Positions 29,686 through 39,576 of a stretch of DNA of 64,000 nucleotides are shown here, one piece after another (the stretch's first letter is position 1; each line of letters opens with the position of its first letter). Origin of the DNA: Minisyncoccota bacterium (GTDB lineage Bacteria > Patescibacteriota > Minisyncoccia > Phycocordibacterales > UBA9973); assembly GCA_018061145.1 (NCBI GenBank), contig JAGOUR010000001.1, positions 76,793-140,792 of the forward strand. Direction: 5' to 3'. The position numbers and the translations under genes were made by a program. The notes under the pieces were generated by a model. That model was not told the origin of the DNA. It saw only the letters and a list, made by a program, of their open reading frames with translations, and made no database searches.

Positions 29686-30552
29686 TTATTGATGCTCGCC
29701 TTTTATTTTACCACCCAGGGTGCGGAGTTCTTGTAATGCGATTCTTCCCTCTTCTTTTGTAGGTGGCTTGCCGTGCCAGCGATAATCACGCTCGAATTCT
29801 TTTACCCCACGTCCTGGGATGGTGCGGGCGATAATGACAGATGGCCTCTCGTATACTGCTTTTGCTATGTCTATAGCATTGCTGATATTTTCAAAATTGT
29901 GCCCATCTATCTCTTCTACATGCCAGTTGAATGATTGCCATTTATTTATCAGATTATCCAATGGCATGATGTCCTCTGTGTATCCATCTATCTGGATATT
30001 ATTCCTATCTACTATCACTATCAGATTACGGAGACGCTCTTTACCGGCTAGCATGATAGCCTCCCAATTTGAGCCCTCGTTTAATTCCCCATCTCCTAAA
30101 AAGCAGTATATGAATCTATCACTCTTGTCTCCAAAATCTATACGATCAGCTAATGCCATACCTACGGCTTGACCTAGTCCCTCTCCTAATGGACCAGAAC
30201 TAGTATCTAAAAATGGCAAATACTCACGATGTGGATGACCCTGTAGTCGAGATCCAAATTTTCTCAAAGTCTTTAATTCTTCTATAGGGAAATAACCTGA
30301 ATGCGCCATAGTGGCATATAGTATCGGACAGATATGACCATTGGATAGGACTACTCTGTCGCGCTCTTTCCATTCTGGATTCTTTGGATCATGGCGTAAT
30401 GAATGAAAATAAAGCGTAGTAAAAACATCTGCCATACCCAGAGGTCCTGCAGTGTGTCCAGATCCCGCTTCAACTAGCATCTCGATGATACTCTCGCGGA
30501 TTCTCTCCGCGCGAAGAGAAAGATCTTTTATTTTTTCGTCAGTAAGATTCAT
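29686..30552 (-). CDS. Transketolase, N-terminal ThDP-binding subunit
   Basis: GSGHTAGPLGMADV and GDGELNEGSNWEA ThDP-binding motifs. Confidence 0.88.
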   Translation of the reverse strand: MNLTDEKIKDLSLRAERIRESIIEMLVEAGSGHTAGPLGMADVFTTLYFHSLRHDPKNPEWKERDRVVLSNGHICPILYATMAHSGYFPIEELKTLRKFGSRLQGHPHREYLPFLDTSSGPLGEGLGQAVGMALADRIDFGDKSDRFIYCFLGDGELNEGSNWEAIMLAGKERLRNLIVIVDRNNIQIDGYTEDIMPLDNLINKWQSFNWHVEEIDGHNFENISNAIDIAKAVYERPSVIIARTIPGRGVKEFERDYRWHGKPPTKEEGRIALQELRTLGGKIKGEHQ

Positions 30553-30571
30553 TAAATATATTTTAACATAT

Positions 30572-31273
30572 TTATTCTACTAAGCCACGCATATCTTCTA
30601 TCACACTCACAGGATCTGAATCTTCGAGTATCGCAGATCCTACTACGAGCTTGCGGACACCTAGGTCTACTAGCATCGGAGCAGTGGCCATATTCACACT
30701 ACCATCTACTGCGATCATCATTTGCGGATCCATAGCTCTTATTTTTTTAATTTGATCAAATACTCTTTCGTCAAAAGCCTCGCCTTGTCGGCCAATATGA
30801 GCTATGCCCATACATTGAATAAAATCTACATGAATTAAGAATGGCTTCAACACTTCTACATCTGTCGTAGTATTTATAGCTATACCCAGCTCTGTATTCT
30901 CACGAGTGTACATATCTATACCTTCTAGGAATTCCAAGAATTCAGAAGTATCTGAGACAGATTCAATATGAAAAATCAATTTCTTTGCACCTAATTTTAT
31001 AAAAGTATCCATCACCAGGTGTGGATTTTTTACCATCAGATCAAATTCGAAATCCATAGTATCCCAGTACGGCATACCCTCCTCTTCATCTAGTATATGC
31101 AGCGCATGTACGTCTTCCTCGAATCCTCCGTAAGTATATGGCCAAGTCTGCGCTGTCACAAAGCGACCATCACAAAAATCCACATGAACTGTGTTTGAAA
31201 GTCTAGACACAAATGCGAGTCTATCTTGAAGCTCTCGAAAACTTCTGACTAATATTGCGGGTACTATTTCCAT
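30572..31273 (-). CDS. rpe: Ribulose-phosphate 3-epimerase (divergent)
   Basis: IVPAILVRSF...HVDFCDGRFV and IAVDGSVN...LVVGSAI parallel the Rpe motifs (HxDxMDGxFV, VDGGV, VAGSAIF). Confidence 0.7.
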   Translation of the reverse strand: MEIVPAILVRSFRELQDRLAFVSRLSNTVHVDFCDGRFVTAQTWPYTYGGFEEDVHALHILDEEEGMPYWDTMDFEFDLMVKNPHLVMDTFIKLGAKKLIFHIESVSDTSEFLEFLEGIDMYTRENTELGIAINTTTDVEVLKPFLIHVDFIQCMGIAHIGRQGEAFDERVFDQIKKIRAMDPQMMIAVDGSVNMATAPMLVDLGVRKLVVGSAILEDSDPVSVIEDMRGLVE

Positions 31274-31291
31274 ATGATTAGGTTCTAGTGG

Positions 31292-31750
31292 CTAGTTTCT
31301 AGCTTCTAGTAGGTTATCTATTTTATTAATTCGACGTACATGTCGCTCATCTCCAGAAAAAGGTGTACCAAGGAATATATCGAGGACGTCTTTAGCTTCA
31401 AATTCACTCACAAATCGTGCTCCTATCGACAAGATGTTTGCATTATTGTGTGCTCGAGCGAGCTTTGGAATCTCAAATGAGCTACCGTAATATGCGCAAG
31501 CTCGTACCCCATGGATACGATTTGAACACATAGCTTCTCCTTGTCCGGAACCACCTAGGATTATACCCATACAATCCGGATCCTTCGCTACCTCTTCTGC
31601 AACGGGAATTATAAAATCAGGATAATCATCTTCCCCGTTATAACCAAAAGCCCCTTTATCATACACTTCATGGCCTTTTTCTTCTAAATATACTTTTATT
31701 TTTTCTTTTAATTCCAATCCCGCATGATCTGTACCTATATAGATTTTCAT
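31292..31750 (-). CDS. rpiB: Ribose-5-phosphate isomerase B
   Basis: MKIYIGTDHAGLELKEKIKVYLEEKGHEV...; RpiB/LacAB family, 152 aa. Confidence 0.9.
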   Translation of the reverse strand: MKIYIGTDHAGLELKEKIKVYLEEKGHEVYDKGAFGYNGEDDYPDFIIPVAEEVAKDPDCMGIILGGSGQGEAMCSNRIHGVRACAYYGSSFEIPKLARAHNNANILSIGARFVSEFEAKDVLDIFLGTPFSGDERHVRRINKIDNLLEARN

Positions 31751-31755
31751 CCCGT

Positions 31756-32007
31756 TTAGAGATAGGAAGCGCCAAGTCTGTTCTTGAGATAACGCTTGCC
31801 CATTCCCGTTTTTAAATATAATTCTCTCGACCGAGCTTTGTGCTCATCTAAACATGCTTCGTAATAAATAATGACAAATGGGCCGCGTCCTTTCGTATGG
31901 GTAGATTTGCCAGTGTTGTGCTGAATAAGGCGCTTCCGTAGGTCATTTGTGTACCCCGTGTACATATTACCATCTTTTTTACTTTTAATTACGTAAGTAT
32001 AAAACAT
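31756..32007 (-). CDS. Stand-alone GIY-YIG nuclease-domain protein (83 aa)
   Basis: YTYVIKSKKDGNMYTGYTNDLRKRLIQHN matches GIY-YIG motifs (YvY...dG..YiGyTnDL.rRl.qHN). Confidence 0.8.
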   Translation of the reverse strand: MFYTYVIKSKKDGNMYTGYTNDLRKRLIQHNTGKSTHTKGRGPFVIIYYEACLDEHKARSRELYLKTGMGKRYLKNRLGASYL

Positions 32008-32095
32008 AAATAATCTCTAACGGGATTCATACCCCCATTATAGCATTTTTAGCAAAAATAAAAGCCCTATATATAGGGCTTTTATTTTAAACATA

Positions 32096-33139
32096 TTACT
32101 TACTTCCAGTTTTTACTACGTGATCTACTAGTGTAGATGTGTATCCATACTCATTGTCATACCAGCCCATTACTTTTACTAGATTGCCACCTACTACACG
32201 AGTCATAGCTAGGTCCGCTATAGATGCATGTGAATTACCTAGGATATCAGATGATACTAATGGTTCATCTGTGACTGCAAAGATTTTACTCCAGTGTGGA
32301 TCGTTTGCAGCCTTTGTCAGTATCGCATTCACTTCTTCAGCAGTAGTCTCCTTCTTTGATATGAATGTCACATCTACTATTGATCCTGCTGGTACTGGCA
32401 CGCGGATAGATATACCATCGAATAACCCCTTTAGATCTGGGAATGCTTCTGTGACTGCGATCGCAGCACCTGTAGATGAAGGTACGATATTCTGAGCAGC
32501 AGCACGACCTTCACGGAGGTCTTTTTTACTTGGACCGTCTACTAGTGATTGGCTGGCTGTGTATCCATGCACAGTATTTAATATTGCCTTTTCAATTCCT
32601 AGCTCCTTGTGAAGAATTGCGATGAGTGGAGATGATGCATTTGTAGTACAAGATGCATTTGATGTGATATCGCATGAGCCCAATTTATCTTCATTCACAC
32701 CCATCAGTATTGTCTCCCCTGGTACAGTTCCATCAGAACCCTTTGATGGAGCAGAGATCACTACTTTGCGAGCCCCACAGTCGATGTGGAATTTTGCTTT
32801 GTCGAATGCAGTGAATAGTCCTGTAGATTCTACAACTACATCAATATTTAAATCTTTCCATGGTAGTTTTGTAGTATCTTTTTCTGATACGAATTTTACA
32901 GTCTTTCCATCGATGACCATATCTGTGCCTACTACCTTTACCTCATGATTCCAGTTTCTATATACAGTGTCGTGGCGGAGTAGATATGCTAGAGATTCAA
33001 GAGAACCTAGATCATTTACAGCGACTATCTCTATATCCTCTCTATCCCATGCAATCTTTAAAAATGCACGACCGATACGACCAAAACCATTAATAGCGAC
33101 GCGGACTTTCTTGTTTTTTGATGATGTAAATAATTTCAT
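32096..33139 (-). CDS. gap: Glyceraldehyde-3-phosphate dehydrogenase, type I
   Basis: VRVAINGFGRIGR NAD-binding motif and catalytic ASCTTN. The start is set at M64 (ATG at 33139) because the preceding 63 residues of the ORF-track version have no homology. Confidence 0.9.
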   Translation of the reverse strand: MKLFTSSKNKKVRVAINGFGRIGRAFLKIAWDREDIEIVAVNDLGSLESLAYLLRHDTVYRNWNHEVKVVGTDMVIDGKTVKFVSEKDTTKLPWKDLNIDVVVESTGLFTAFDKAKFHIDCGARKVVISAPSKGSDGTVPGETILMGVNEDKLGSCDITSNASCTTNASSPLIAILHKELGIEKAILNTVHGYTASQSLVDGPSKKDLREGRAAAQNIVPSSTGAAIAVTEAFPDLKGLFDGISIRVPVPAGSIVDVTFISKKETTAEEVNAILTKAANDPHWSKIFAVTDEPLVSSDILGNSHASIADLAMTRVVGGNLVKVMGWYDNEYGYTSTLVDHVVKTGSK

Positions 33140-33221
33140 GTTTTTATTATACCAAAGATTCGAGTATATATACAAAAAGAGCCATCCGAAGATAGCTCTA
33201 CATGTTTGATAAACCAAAAAA

Positions 33222-33653
33222 TTACGAAGAAGCGCTGGGTTGATGGTATTGGACCGTCTTTCCAATGCTAGCACTAAAGAATGCCGACGAAAAAAATTTG
33301 TGTATCTTTTGGGCATTTTTTGAACCATTCTTGAAGTCTTTTACACGCTCGCAGATTTTTTTAATTTCAGGAGGGGTAAGAGGGCGAAATGTTTTGATTT
33401 TGATAGAATCAAGAGAAAAATTCTTCTCAGCAAAAAAATAGGAATTACAATCTTTTGTTTCTTCTATGTCGACAACATTACAATGGTTAATCAAGTAGTC
33501 AACAGACCTACCTAAAAATAAAAAGGTGCTCTCCTCTGAATCATCAGATTTAGTCTGATTAACAAATACAGCACCAGGAGCTCTTCCGCGTTCAGCATAT
33601 TCAACATAAACAATAGAATTAGCTGTCAATTTTTCTAATACAGTTCTCTTCAT
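33222..33653 (-). CDS. Hypothetical protein (~143 aa)
   Basis: ORF; internal Met MKRTVLEKL preferred as start; no recognised motif. Confidence 0.4.
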   Translation of the reverse strand: MKRTVLEKLTANSIVYVEYAERGRAPGAVFVNQTKSDDSEESTFLFLGRSVDYLINHCNVVDIEETKDCNSYFFAEKNFSLDSIKIKTFRPLTPPEIKKICERVKDFKNGSKNAQKIHKFFSSAFFSASIGKTVQYHQPSASS

Positions 33654-33771
33654 CTTAATGGGTTTTTGGGTTTTGGTTTTTAAAATGGAATTTTTTTTTA
33701 ATATAGCACAAAAAACCTTTAAAGTCAAAGATCTTTATCACGAATACTGCTACCCTGCTATATATATTTTC

Positions 33772-33786
33772 TGATATAATATAAAG
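33772..33786 (+). promoter_or_regulatory. Extended -10 (TGATATAAT) placed 6 nt before ATG 33787, implying a leaderless mRNA
   Basis: TGaTATAAT at 33772-33780, then ATAAAG, then ATG. Confidence 0.55.
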
Positions 33787-34794
33787 ATGAAAACAATATT
33801 TTTTGAAATATCAGCCGAGGACAAGATAAAGTATCAGAATTTACTATCAGGTCAAGATGTTGAATTTTACGAAGAAAAACTCTCCACAGAAAATACAGAG
33901 AAGGCTGTTGATGCAGATATACTATGTGTATTTATAAATTCTGAAGTCAAAAAAGATATCATAGATGCGCTACCAAATCTAAAATACATAGTTACTAGAT
34001 CTACTGGATACGATCATATAGACGGTGCACATGCAAAAGAAAAAAATATCGGAGTGTCCAATGTCCCATCTTATGGTTCAGACACAGTAGCAGAATTCAC
34101 TTTTGGTTTAATACTGAATCTCTCTCGTAAAATATTCCAGGCATCTCATCAGGTCAAAGAAGGTGGCAATTTTAATCTATCAGAATTAAAAGGATTTGAC
34201 CTGTGTGGAAAGACATTGGGCGTAGTTGGTACGGGGCGCATAGGTAAAAATGTCATCCGCATGGCAAAGGGTTTCAATATGAATATCCTGGCCTACGACC
34301 TATTCCCTAATACAGATTATGCAAAAAGTGAGAGTGTTAAGTATGTGACACTCGATGATTTGCTCTCCGGAGCAGACATTGTGACACTGCACGCACCATA
34401 CACAAAGGACAACCACCACATGATAAACAAGGACAATATAATGAAGATGAAAAAAGGTGCATATATAGTGAATACTGCACGAGGTGAGCTCGTAGACACC
34501 GAAGCTATTTTGCTGGGCATACAAAATGGCATCATAGCTGGAGCAGGATTGGATGTACTCGAAGGTGAAAGAGAATTGAAAGAAGAATTCCACCTAAAAT
34601 ACAGTGATGCACAAAATAATATAAATTATAAAACTCTACTCGAGAATCATGTGCTTATCAATATCCCTGAAGTCATTATCACTCCTCACGTGGCATTTTA
34701 CACAGAAGAAGCTGAGAATGAGATAATAAATACGACGATAGAAAATATAAATTCTTTCCAGCAGGGTCAAATAAAAAATACAATTAAAATATAA
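33787..34794 (+). CDS. D-isomer-specific 2-hydroxyacid dehydrogenase (hydroxypyruvate reductase / D-lactate dehydrogenase-like)
   Basis: GVVGTGRIGKNV Rossmann motif and catalytic R/E/H region (NTARGELVD...ITPHVAF). Confidence 0.85.
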   Translation: MKTIFFEISAEDKIKYQNLLSGQDVEFYEEKLSTENTEKAVDADILCVFINSEVKKDIIDALPNLKYIVTRSTGYDHIDGAHAKEKNIGVSNVPSYGSDTVAEFTFGLILNLSRKIFQASHQVKEGGNFNLSELKGFDLCGKTLGVVGTGRIGKNVIRMAKGFNMNILAYDLFPNTDYAKSESVKYVTLDDLLSGADIVTLHAPYTKDNHHMINKDNIMKMKKGAYIVNTARGELVDTEAILLGIQNGIIAGAGLDVLEGERELKEEFHLKYSDAQNNINYKTLLENHVLINIPEVIITPHVAFYTEEAENEIINTTIENINSFQQGQIKNTIKI

Positions 34795-34798
34795 AACT

Positions 34799-36079
34799 AT
34801 GCACAAACACTGGATTAAAAATTATGAAGATATAGCAACCACAGAAAATCGCAAAGTTGCTCTGGCTATTGCCGAGGCAGGTCTCGATGCTATCAATACA
34901 GAAATGGTGATAAAGAGATCTATCCAACTTGATGGCGAGATATTGTCGATCCAGGGGCAAACTTTTGATCTATCTAAATTCTCAAAAATAAAAGTTGTAG
35001 GTTTTGGTAAATGTTCTTGTGAAGCCGCATATACCCTAGAAGAAATACTAAAAGACAAGATATCCGAAGGTGCCGTAATAGGACTATCTCAAAAGATTTG
35101 TCCCGTAATACGTACTTTTGCTGGTACACATCCACGACCATCACATGCCAATGTGGGACCCGGCAAAGAGATATACGAAATAGCAGAAGGGGCAAAAGAA
35201 GATGAGCTGGTCATAGCTATAGTGTCTGGTGGTGGATCAGCATTATTATGCTACCCAGAGAGCGAGTGTGTCCAAGGGGAAACTCTATACAATACATTCC
35301 TAAAAACAGGCAACACCATCAGCGAGATAAATACAGTACGTAAACATATATCAATGCTCAAGGGTGGAGGCCTGGCCAAGATCGCCTACCCTGCTACAGT
35401 CATCGGATTGGTATTTTCTGATGTACCAGGAGATAAATTTGAAGATGTTGCATCTGGCCCCACATACAAAGATACGACTACTATAAATGATGCCGAAAAG
35501 ATTATAGCCCACTACAATCTTGGTGAATTTAATCTAAATGAGACACCCAAGGAAGATAAATATTTTGAAAAAGTAAATAATTTTGTCCTAGTATCAAACA
35601 AGACCGCCACAGAAGCAATGGAGCAAAAAGCTAAAGAATTAGGATATCCATCCATAGTTGTATCAAATGAATTATACGATGAAGTAGACTCTGCACTAGA
35701 GAAAATAATGGAAAATGAAAAAGACGGCACAGTGATCATAGCAGCCGGTGAGCCTAAACTAGTAGTCACAAAAAAAGGTGGCTCTGGTGGCAGAAATATG
35801 TACATGGGACTAAAAGCGATAGAAAAAATTGGCGAGCACTCAGTATTCATCCCTCTCGCATCTGATGGTATGGATAATAGTGCTGGCGCAGGTGCTATAA
35901 TAGATGTACATACAAAAGAAAAAGTTTTAAACAAAGAGATTGATATAAAAAATTACATAGAGAATTTTGATGCATACAGTGCATTTGAAATGATTGGAGA
36001 TATAATTATGACAGGCCCCACAAATGCAAATGTATCTGACATCATGATATTATTTAAAAATACAAATGAGCCAAAGTAA
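34799..36079 (+). CDS. Glycerate 2-kinase, MOFRL family (GckA/TtuD-like)
   Basis: DUF4147 N-terminal domain plus MOFRL C-terminal domain; 426 aa. Confidence 0.7.
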   Translation: MHKHWIKNYEDIATTENRKVALAIAEAGLDAINTEMVIKRSIQLDGEILSIQGQTFDLSKFSKIKVVGFGKCSCEAAYTLEEILKDKISEGAVIGLSQKICPVIRTFAGTHPRPSHANVGPGKEIYEIAEGAKEDELVIAIVSGGGSALLCYPESECVQGETLYNTFLKTGNTISEINTVRKHISMLKGGGLAKIAYPATVIGLVFSDVPGDKFEDVASGPTYKDTTTINDAEKIIAHYNLGEFNLNETPKEDKYFEKVNNFVLVSNKTATEAMEQKAKELGYPSIVVSNELYDEVDSALEKIMENEKDGTVIIAAGEPKLVVTKKGGSGGRNMYMGLKAIEKIGEHSVFIPLASDGMDNSAGAGAIIDVHTKEKVLNKEIDIKNYIENFDAYSAFEMIGDIIMTGPTNANVSDIMILFKNTNEPK

Positions 36080-37310
36080 AATTACTAAAATTTTTGCTAC
36101 AGAGATAAAGGATTCACGAGGCAATCCCACCATCTGTGTAACAGCAGAGATCGGAAAATCTACTGGTTCATTTTCTGTACCCTCTGGTGCCAGTACCGGA
36201 TCCCACGAGGCATACGAGCTCCGTGACAAAGACGGTAAAGGTGTAAAAAAAGTAATTGAAAATATAAACAAGAAAATAGCTCCCGCCCTACTAGGTAAAG
36301 ATGCATCAAACCAAAAACTCATCGACAATATAATGCGGGAACTTGATGACACAAAACAAAAGAAAAATCTTGGTGGCAATGCACTCATAGGTGTATCTAT
36401 AGCAGTAGCCAAGGCCACAGCTGAAACAAAAAATATGGATTTATATAAATATCTCCGCACACTCGCAGATATCAAGCCATCTCGTATGGTTCCACTGCTA
36501 TATATGAACCTGATAAATGGAGGCAAGCATGCCAACAATAATCTAGCTTTCCAGGAGTACCACATAGTTCCTTTTACAAATGATGTAAAACAAGCAGTAA
36601 AGATAGGTATCAAAGTTCAAGAATCTATCGAGGATATGCTATGTCGTGACCTTGATATAAATGAAGTACCCATGGGAGATGAAGGAGGTTTTGCTCCAAA
36701 AATAACAGATATAAAAAAACCGCTAGAATACCTCCGTCGTGCGATAGATGAAAATGCCCTAGGGTGCGAGGTGCGCCTTGCTATGGACGTAGCAGCGTCA
36801 TCATTCTGTACTCCAGAATTTACAATATTCGGAAAAGATGAGAGTAAGTACGACATAGATGGCAAGAAAATCTCCAGAGATGAATTGATGAATATATACA
36901 AAGACCTCATAAAAGAATTCAACATTTTATCCATCGAAGATCCATTCCACGAAGAAGCCTTTGCAGATTTTCAAAAATTAAAAAATGATATGAATATAAA
37001 GGTAGTCGGTGATGATCTGACTGTTACCAATGTAAAGCTCTTGGAAAAAGCAATTCAAAAAGATAGTATCAATACAATAATAATAAAGCCAAACCAGATA
37101 GGCACTCTAACAGAGACACTAGATACCATGAAGCTAGCCCGAGATAACAATATTGACATCATAGTCAGTCACAGGAGTGGCGAGACGGATGATGACTTTA
37201 TAGCTGACCTCGCATATGCATTTGGATGTTATGGATTAAAAGCCGGAGCTCCGACGAAATACGAACGCATTATTAAATATAAAAGATTGATTCAGATATC
37301 AAAAAAATAA
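36066..37310 (+). CDS. eno: Enolase
   Basis: N-terminus [19 protein letters not shown] and the enolase signature throughout. Confidence 0.95.
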   Translation: MSQSKITKIFATEIKDSRGNPTICVTAEIGKSTGSFSVPSGASTGSHEAYELRDKDGKGVKKVIENINKKIAPALLGKDASNQKLIDNIMRELDDTKQKKNLGGNALIGVSIAVAKATAETKNMDLYKYLRTLADIKPSRMVPLLYMNLINGGKHANNNLAFQEYHIVPFTNDVKQAVKIGIKVQESIEDMLCRDLDINEVPMGDEGGFAPKITDIKKPLEYLRRAIDENALGCEVRLAMDVAASSFCTPEFTIFGKDESKYDIDGKKISRDELMNIYKDLIKEFNILSIEDPFHEEAFADFQKLKNDMNIKVVGDDLTVTNVKLLEKAIQKDSINTIIIKPNQIGTLTETLDTMKLARDNNIDIIVSHRSGETDDDFIADLAYAFGCYGLKAGAPTKYERIIKYKRLIQISKK

Positions 37311-37311
37311 A

Positions 37312-38112
37312 ATGGAAACAAATTCAAAAGCACAAATAGTAGCAACCATTGGACCCGCATCAAAAGATATTGCAATCCTAGAAAAGATGCTAGACCACAA
37401 GATGGATGTAGCCCGCTTAAATTTCTCTTGGGGTACACATGAGGAGCACGCACAGTACATAAAAGACATCAGATCATCTGCAGATAAAATCGGGAGAAAG
37501 ATACCTATCATCCAAGATTTATCTGGACCTAGAATCCAAGAAGGCGCAGGTCATACATATAATCAAGAAGTGGAAGTGATCACAGAAAAAGACCTTTCTG
37601 ATTTAAAATTTGGAATAGACCAGGGAGTAGATTATGTCGCATTATCTTTTGTGGGATCAGGATCTGACATCAAGAAACTACGCGCTCATATGCAAGAGAT
37701 GGGCAAGATAATCCCGATAATAGCCAAAATAGAAAGGAGAATTGCGATAGATAATCTAGATGAGATCATAGGAGAAGCAGATGCGATAATGGTGGCACGT
37801 GGAGATCTAGGTAGCGAACTACCCATCGAGACTATCCCTTTTGCACAGCAAGACATAATAAAGAGATGCAACGAGGCAGGTAAACCAGTAATAGTAGCTA
37901 CCCAGATGATGCTATCTATGAAGGAGAATCCAGAGCCTACTCGTGCAGAAGTGACAGATGTAGCATTTGCTATCATTGAAGGTGCCGACGCCGTCATGCT
38001 ATCCGAGGAATCTGCCAGCGGTAAATACCCCCTCGAGGCAGTGACTATAATGGAGAGAATCATAAAAGAATCCGAAAAATACATCACCCGTCCAAATAGA
38101 AAAAGTCTATAA
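37312..38112 (+). CDS. pyk: Pyruvate kinase, minimal form (catalytic TIM-barrel A domain only; B lid and C-terminal allosteric domains absent)
   Basis: [27 protein letters not shown] and TQMMLSM..PTRAE..DVA motifs are present. The stretch from GPRIQEG to DYVALSFV is only ~40 aa. The protein ends right after the A domain at 266 aa. Confidence 0.8.
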   Translation: METNSKAQIVATIGPASKDIAILEKMLDHKMDVARLNFSWGTHEEHAQYIKDIRSSADKIGRKIPIIQDLSGPRIQEGAGHTYNQEVEVITEKDLSDLKFGIDQGVDYVALSFVGSGSDIKKLRAHMQEMGKIIPIIAKIERRIAIDNLDEIIGEADAIMVARGDLGSELPIETIPFAQQDIIKRCNEAGKPVIVATQMMLSMKENPEPTRAEVTDVAFAIIEGADAVMLSEESASGKYPLEAVTIMERIIKESEKYITRPNRKSL

Positions 38113-38115
38113 TAA

Positions 38116-38150
38116 AATCCCTCACGGTTTCCGTGAGGGATTTTATTATT
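38116..38150. terminator. Bidirectional terminator between pyk and the ALDH gene
   Basis: AAATCCCTCACGGtttcCGTGAGGGATTT followed by TATTATTTT. Confidence 0.75.
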
Positions 38151-39537
38151 TTATCCAAATATTTTTTATATTCACAAACTCTTTGATTCCATAGCTACCG
38201 AGCTCTCGCCCATAGCCTGATCTCTTTGTTCCTCCAAAAGGTATCCTTGAATCTGATCTGACATATCCATTTATAAATACATTACCTGCTTCGATTTTTG
38301 TAGCTATATTTTTTGCTTTTTCAATATCCTTTGTGAAGATAGTAGCACCGAGACCGAAAGGAGTATCGTTTGCTATCTTTATCGCTTCATCAATATTTGA
38401 GAATTTTATAATAGGAGCTACCGGTCCAAATACCTCTTCATCATATACTGGCATCCCCTTTTTTACATGATCCAATACTGTAGGCAGATAGTAGTATCCG
38501 CTACCCTCGCCTCGAGTCCCACCACAGATAACTTTTGCACCAAGGGTGATAGAGTCTTCTACTTGTCTCTCTACATCCTCTAGGCCTTGTAGAGTAGCCA
38601 GTGGTCCTACAGTTGTCTCTTCGAGTAGTGGATCACCTACTATCAAATTACTCACATGATTCACAAATAATTCTGTAAATTTTTCTACTATTGTATCCTG
38701 CACTATAAATCTTTTAGCTGCGATACAGCTCTGACCTACGTTGTTTTGCATTCGTCCGATAGCAGCGTCTATCGCAGCTGCCTCTATATCTGCATCTTCT
38801 AATACGATAAATGGATCACTACCACCGAGCTCGAGAACAGTTTTTTTAATTTCATCTCCGGCGATAGACGCCACAGATCGGCCAGCACCTTCACTACCAG
38901 TGAGAGTCACTGCCTTTATATGATGATTACGAATCACACTCTCTACCCTACCCGAACTTATAAATAAATTTTGGAAAATACCTTTTGGAAAACCAGAATT
39001 TGTAAGAGCATCCTCTATGGCTTGTGCACACTGGGGCACATTTGATGCATGTTTTAGTAAGCCCACATTCCCAGCCATGAGTGCTGGAGCGATAAATCGG
39101 TATACTTGCCAGTAAGGGAAATTCCAAGGCATCACAGCGAGCACTACGCCTAACGGCTCAAATGATACATAATTCTCACTAGCATTTGAATGAAGTATTT
39201 CATTTTTCAAAATACTCTCAGCACTTTCTGCATAGTATTCACAGACACCTGCACATTTTTCTAGCTCCACGATTGCAGCTTTTTTGGTCTTGCCCATTTC
39301 TATGGATGCGAGCATTGCCATACTGTCTATATTTTCTCGGATATAAGATGCGTGTTTTTTTAACAAATCAGCCCTATGAGAGAAAGAAGTCTCTCTCCAT
39401 TCCATAAAAGTATCTTGGGCAAAATTTATCTTGTCTACAAGTTCTGACTCAGATATCTCGCTGAAATCTTTTATTATTTCTTCTGTGCTTGGATTTTTTG
39501 ATTGTATTGGCATTGATTCAGCGGAATCACGTCGCAC
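38146..39537 (-). CDS. NAD(P)-dependent aldehyde dehydrogenase (ALDH superfamily; GapN- or succinate-semialdehyde-DH-like)
   Basis: [10 protein letters not shown] and catalytic Cys GQSCIAAKR; possible start at M10 (39510). Confidence 0.8.
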   Translation of the reverse strand: MRRDSAESMPIQSKNPSTEEIIKDFSEISESELVDKINFAQDTFMEWRETSFSHRADLLKKHASYIRENIDSMAMLASIEMGKTKKAAIVELEKCAGVCEYYAESAESILKNEILHSNASENYVSFEPLGVVLAVMPWNFPYWQVYRFIAPALMAGNVGLLKHASNVPQCAQAIEDALTNSGFPKGIFQNLFISSGRVESVIRNHHIKAVTLTGSEGAGRSVASIAGDEIKKTVLELGGSDPFIVLEDADIEAAAIDAAIGRMQNNVGQSCIAAKRFIVQDTIVEKFTELFVNHVSNLIVGDPLLEETTVGPLATLQGLEDVERQVEDSITLGAKVICGGTRGEGSGYYYLPTVLDHVKKGMPVYDEEVFGPVAPIIKFSNIDEAIKIANDTPFGLGATIFTKDIEKAKNIATKIEAGNVFINGYVRSDSRIPFGGTKRSGYGRELGSYGIKEFVNIKNIWIK

Positions 39538-39576
39538 CAGTCCTATAAGTGCGACGCTTCCAAAATTAATTAATAA

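Noticed and set aside
31756-32007. GIY-YIG gene as an active homing endonuclease or group I intron
   Set aside because: At 83 aa it contains only the catalytic GIY-YIG module with no DNA-binding domain. There is no intron-like structure or interrupted host gene; gap and rpiB are intact on either side.
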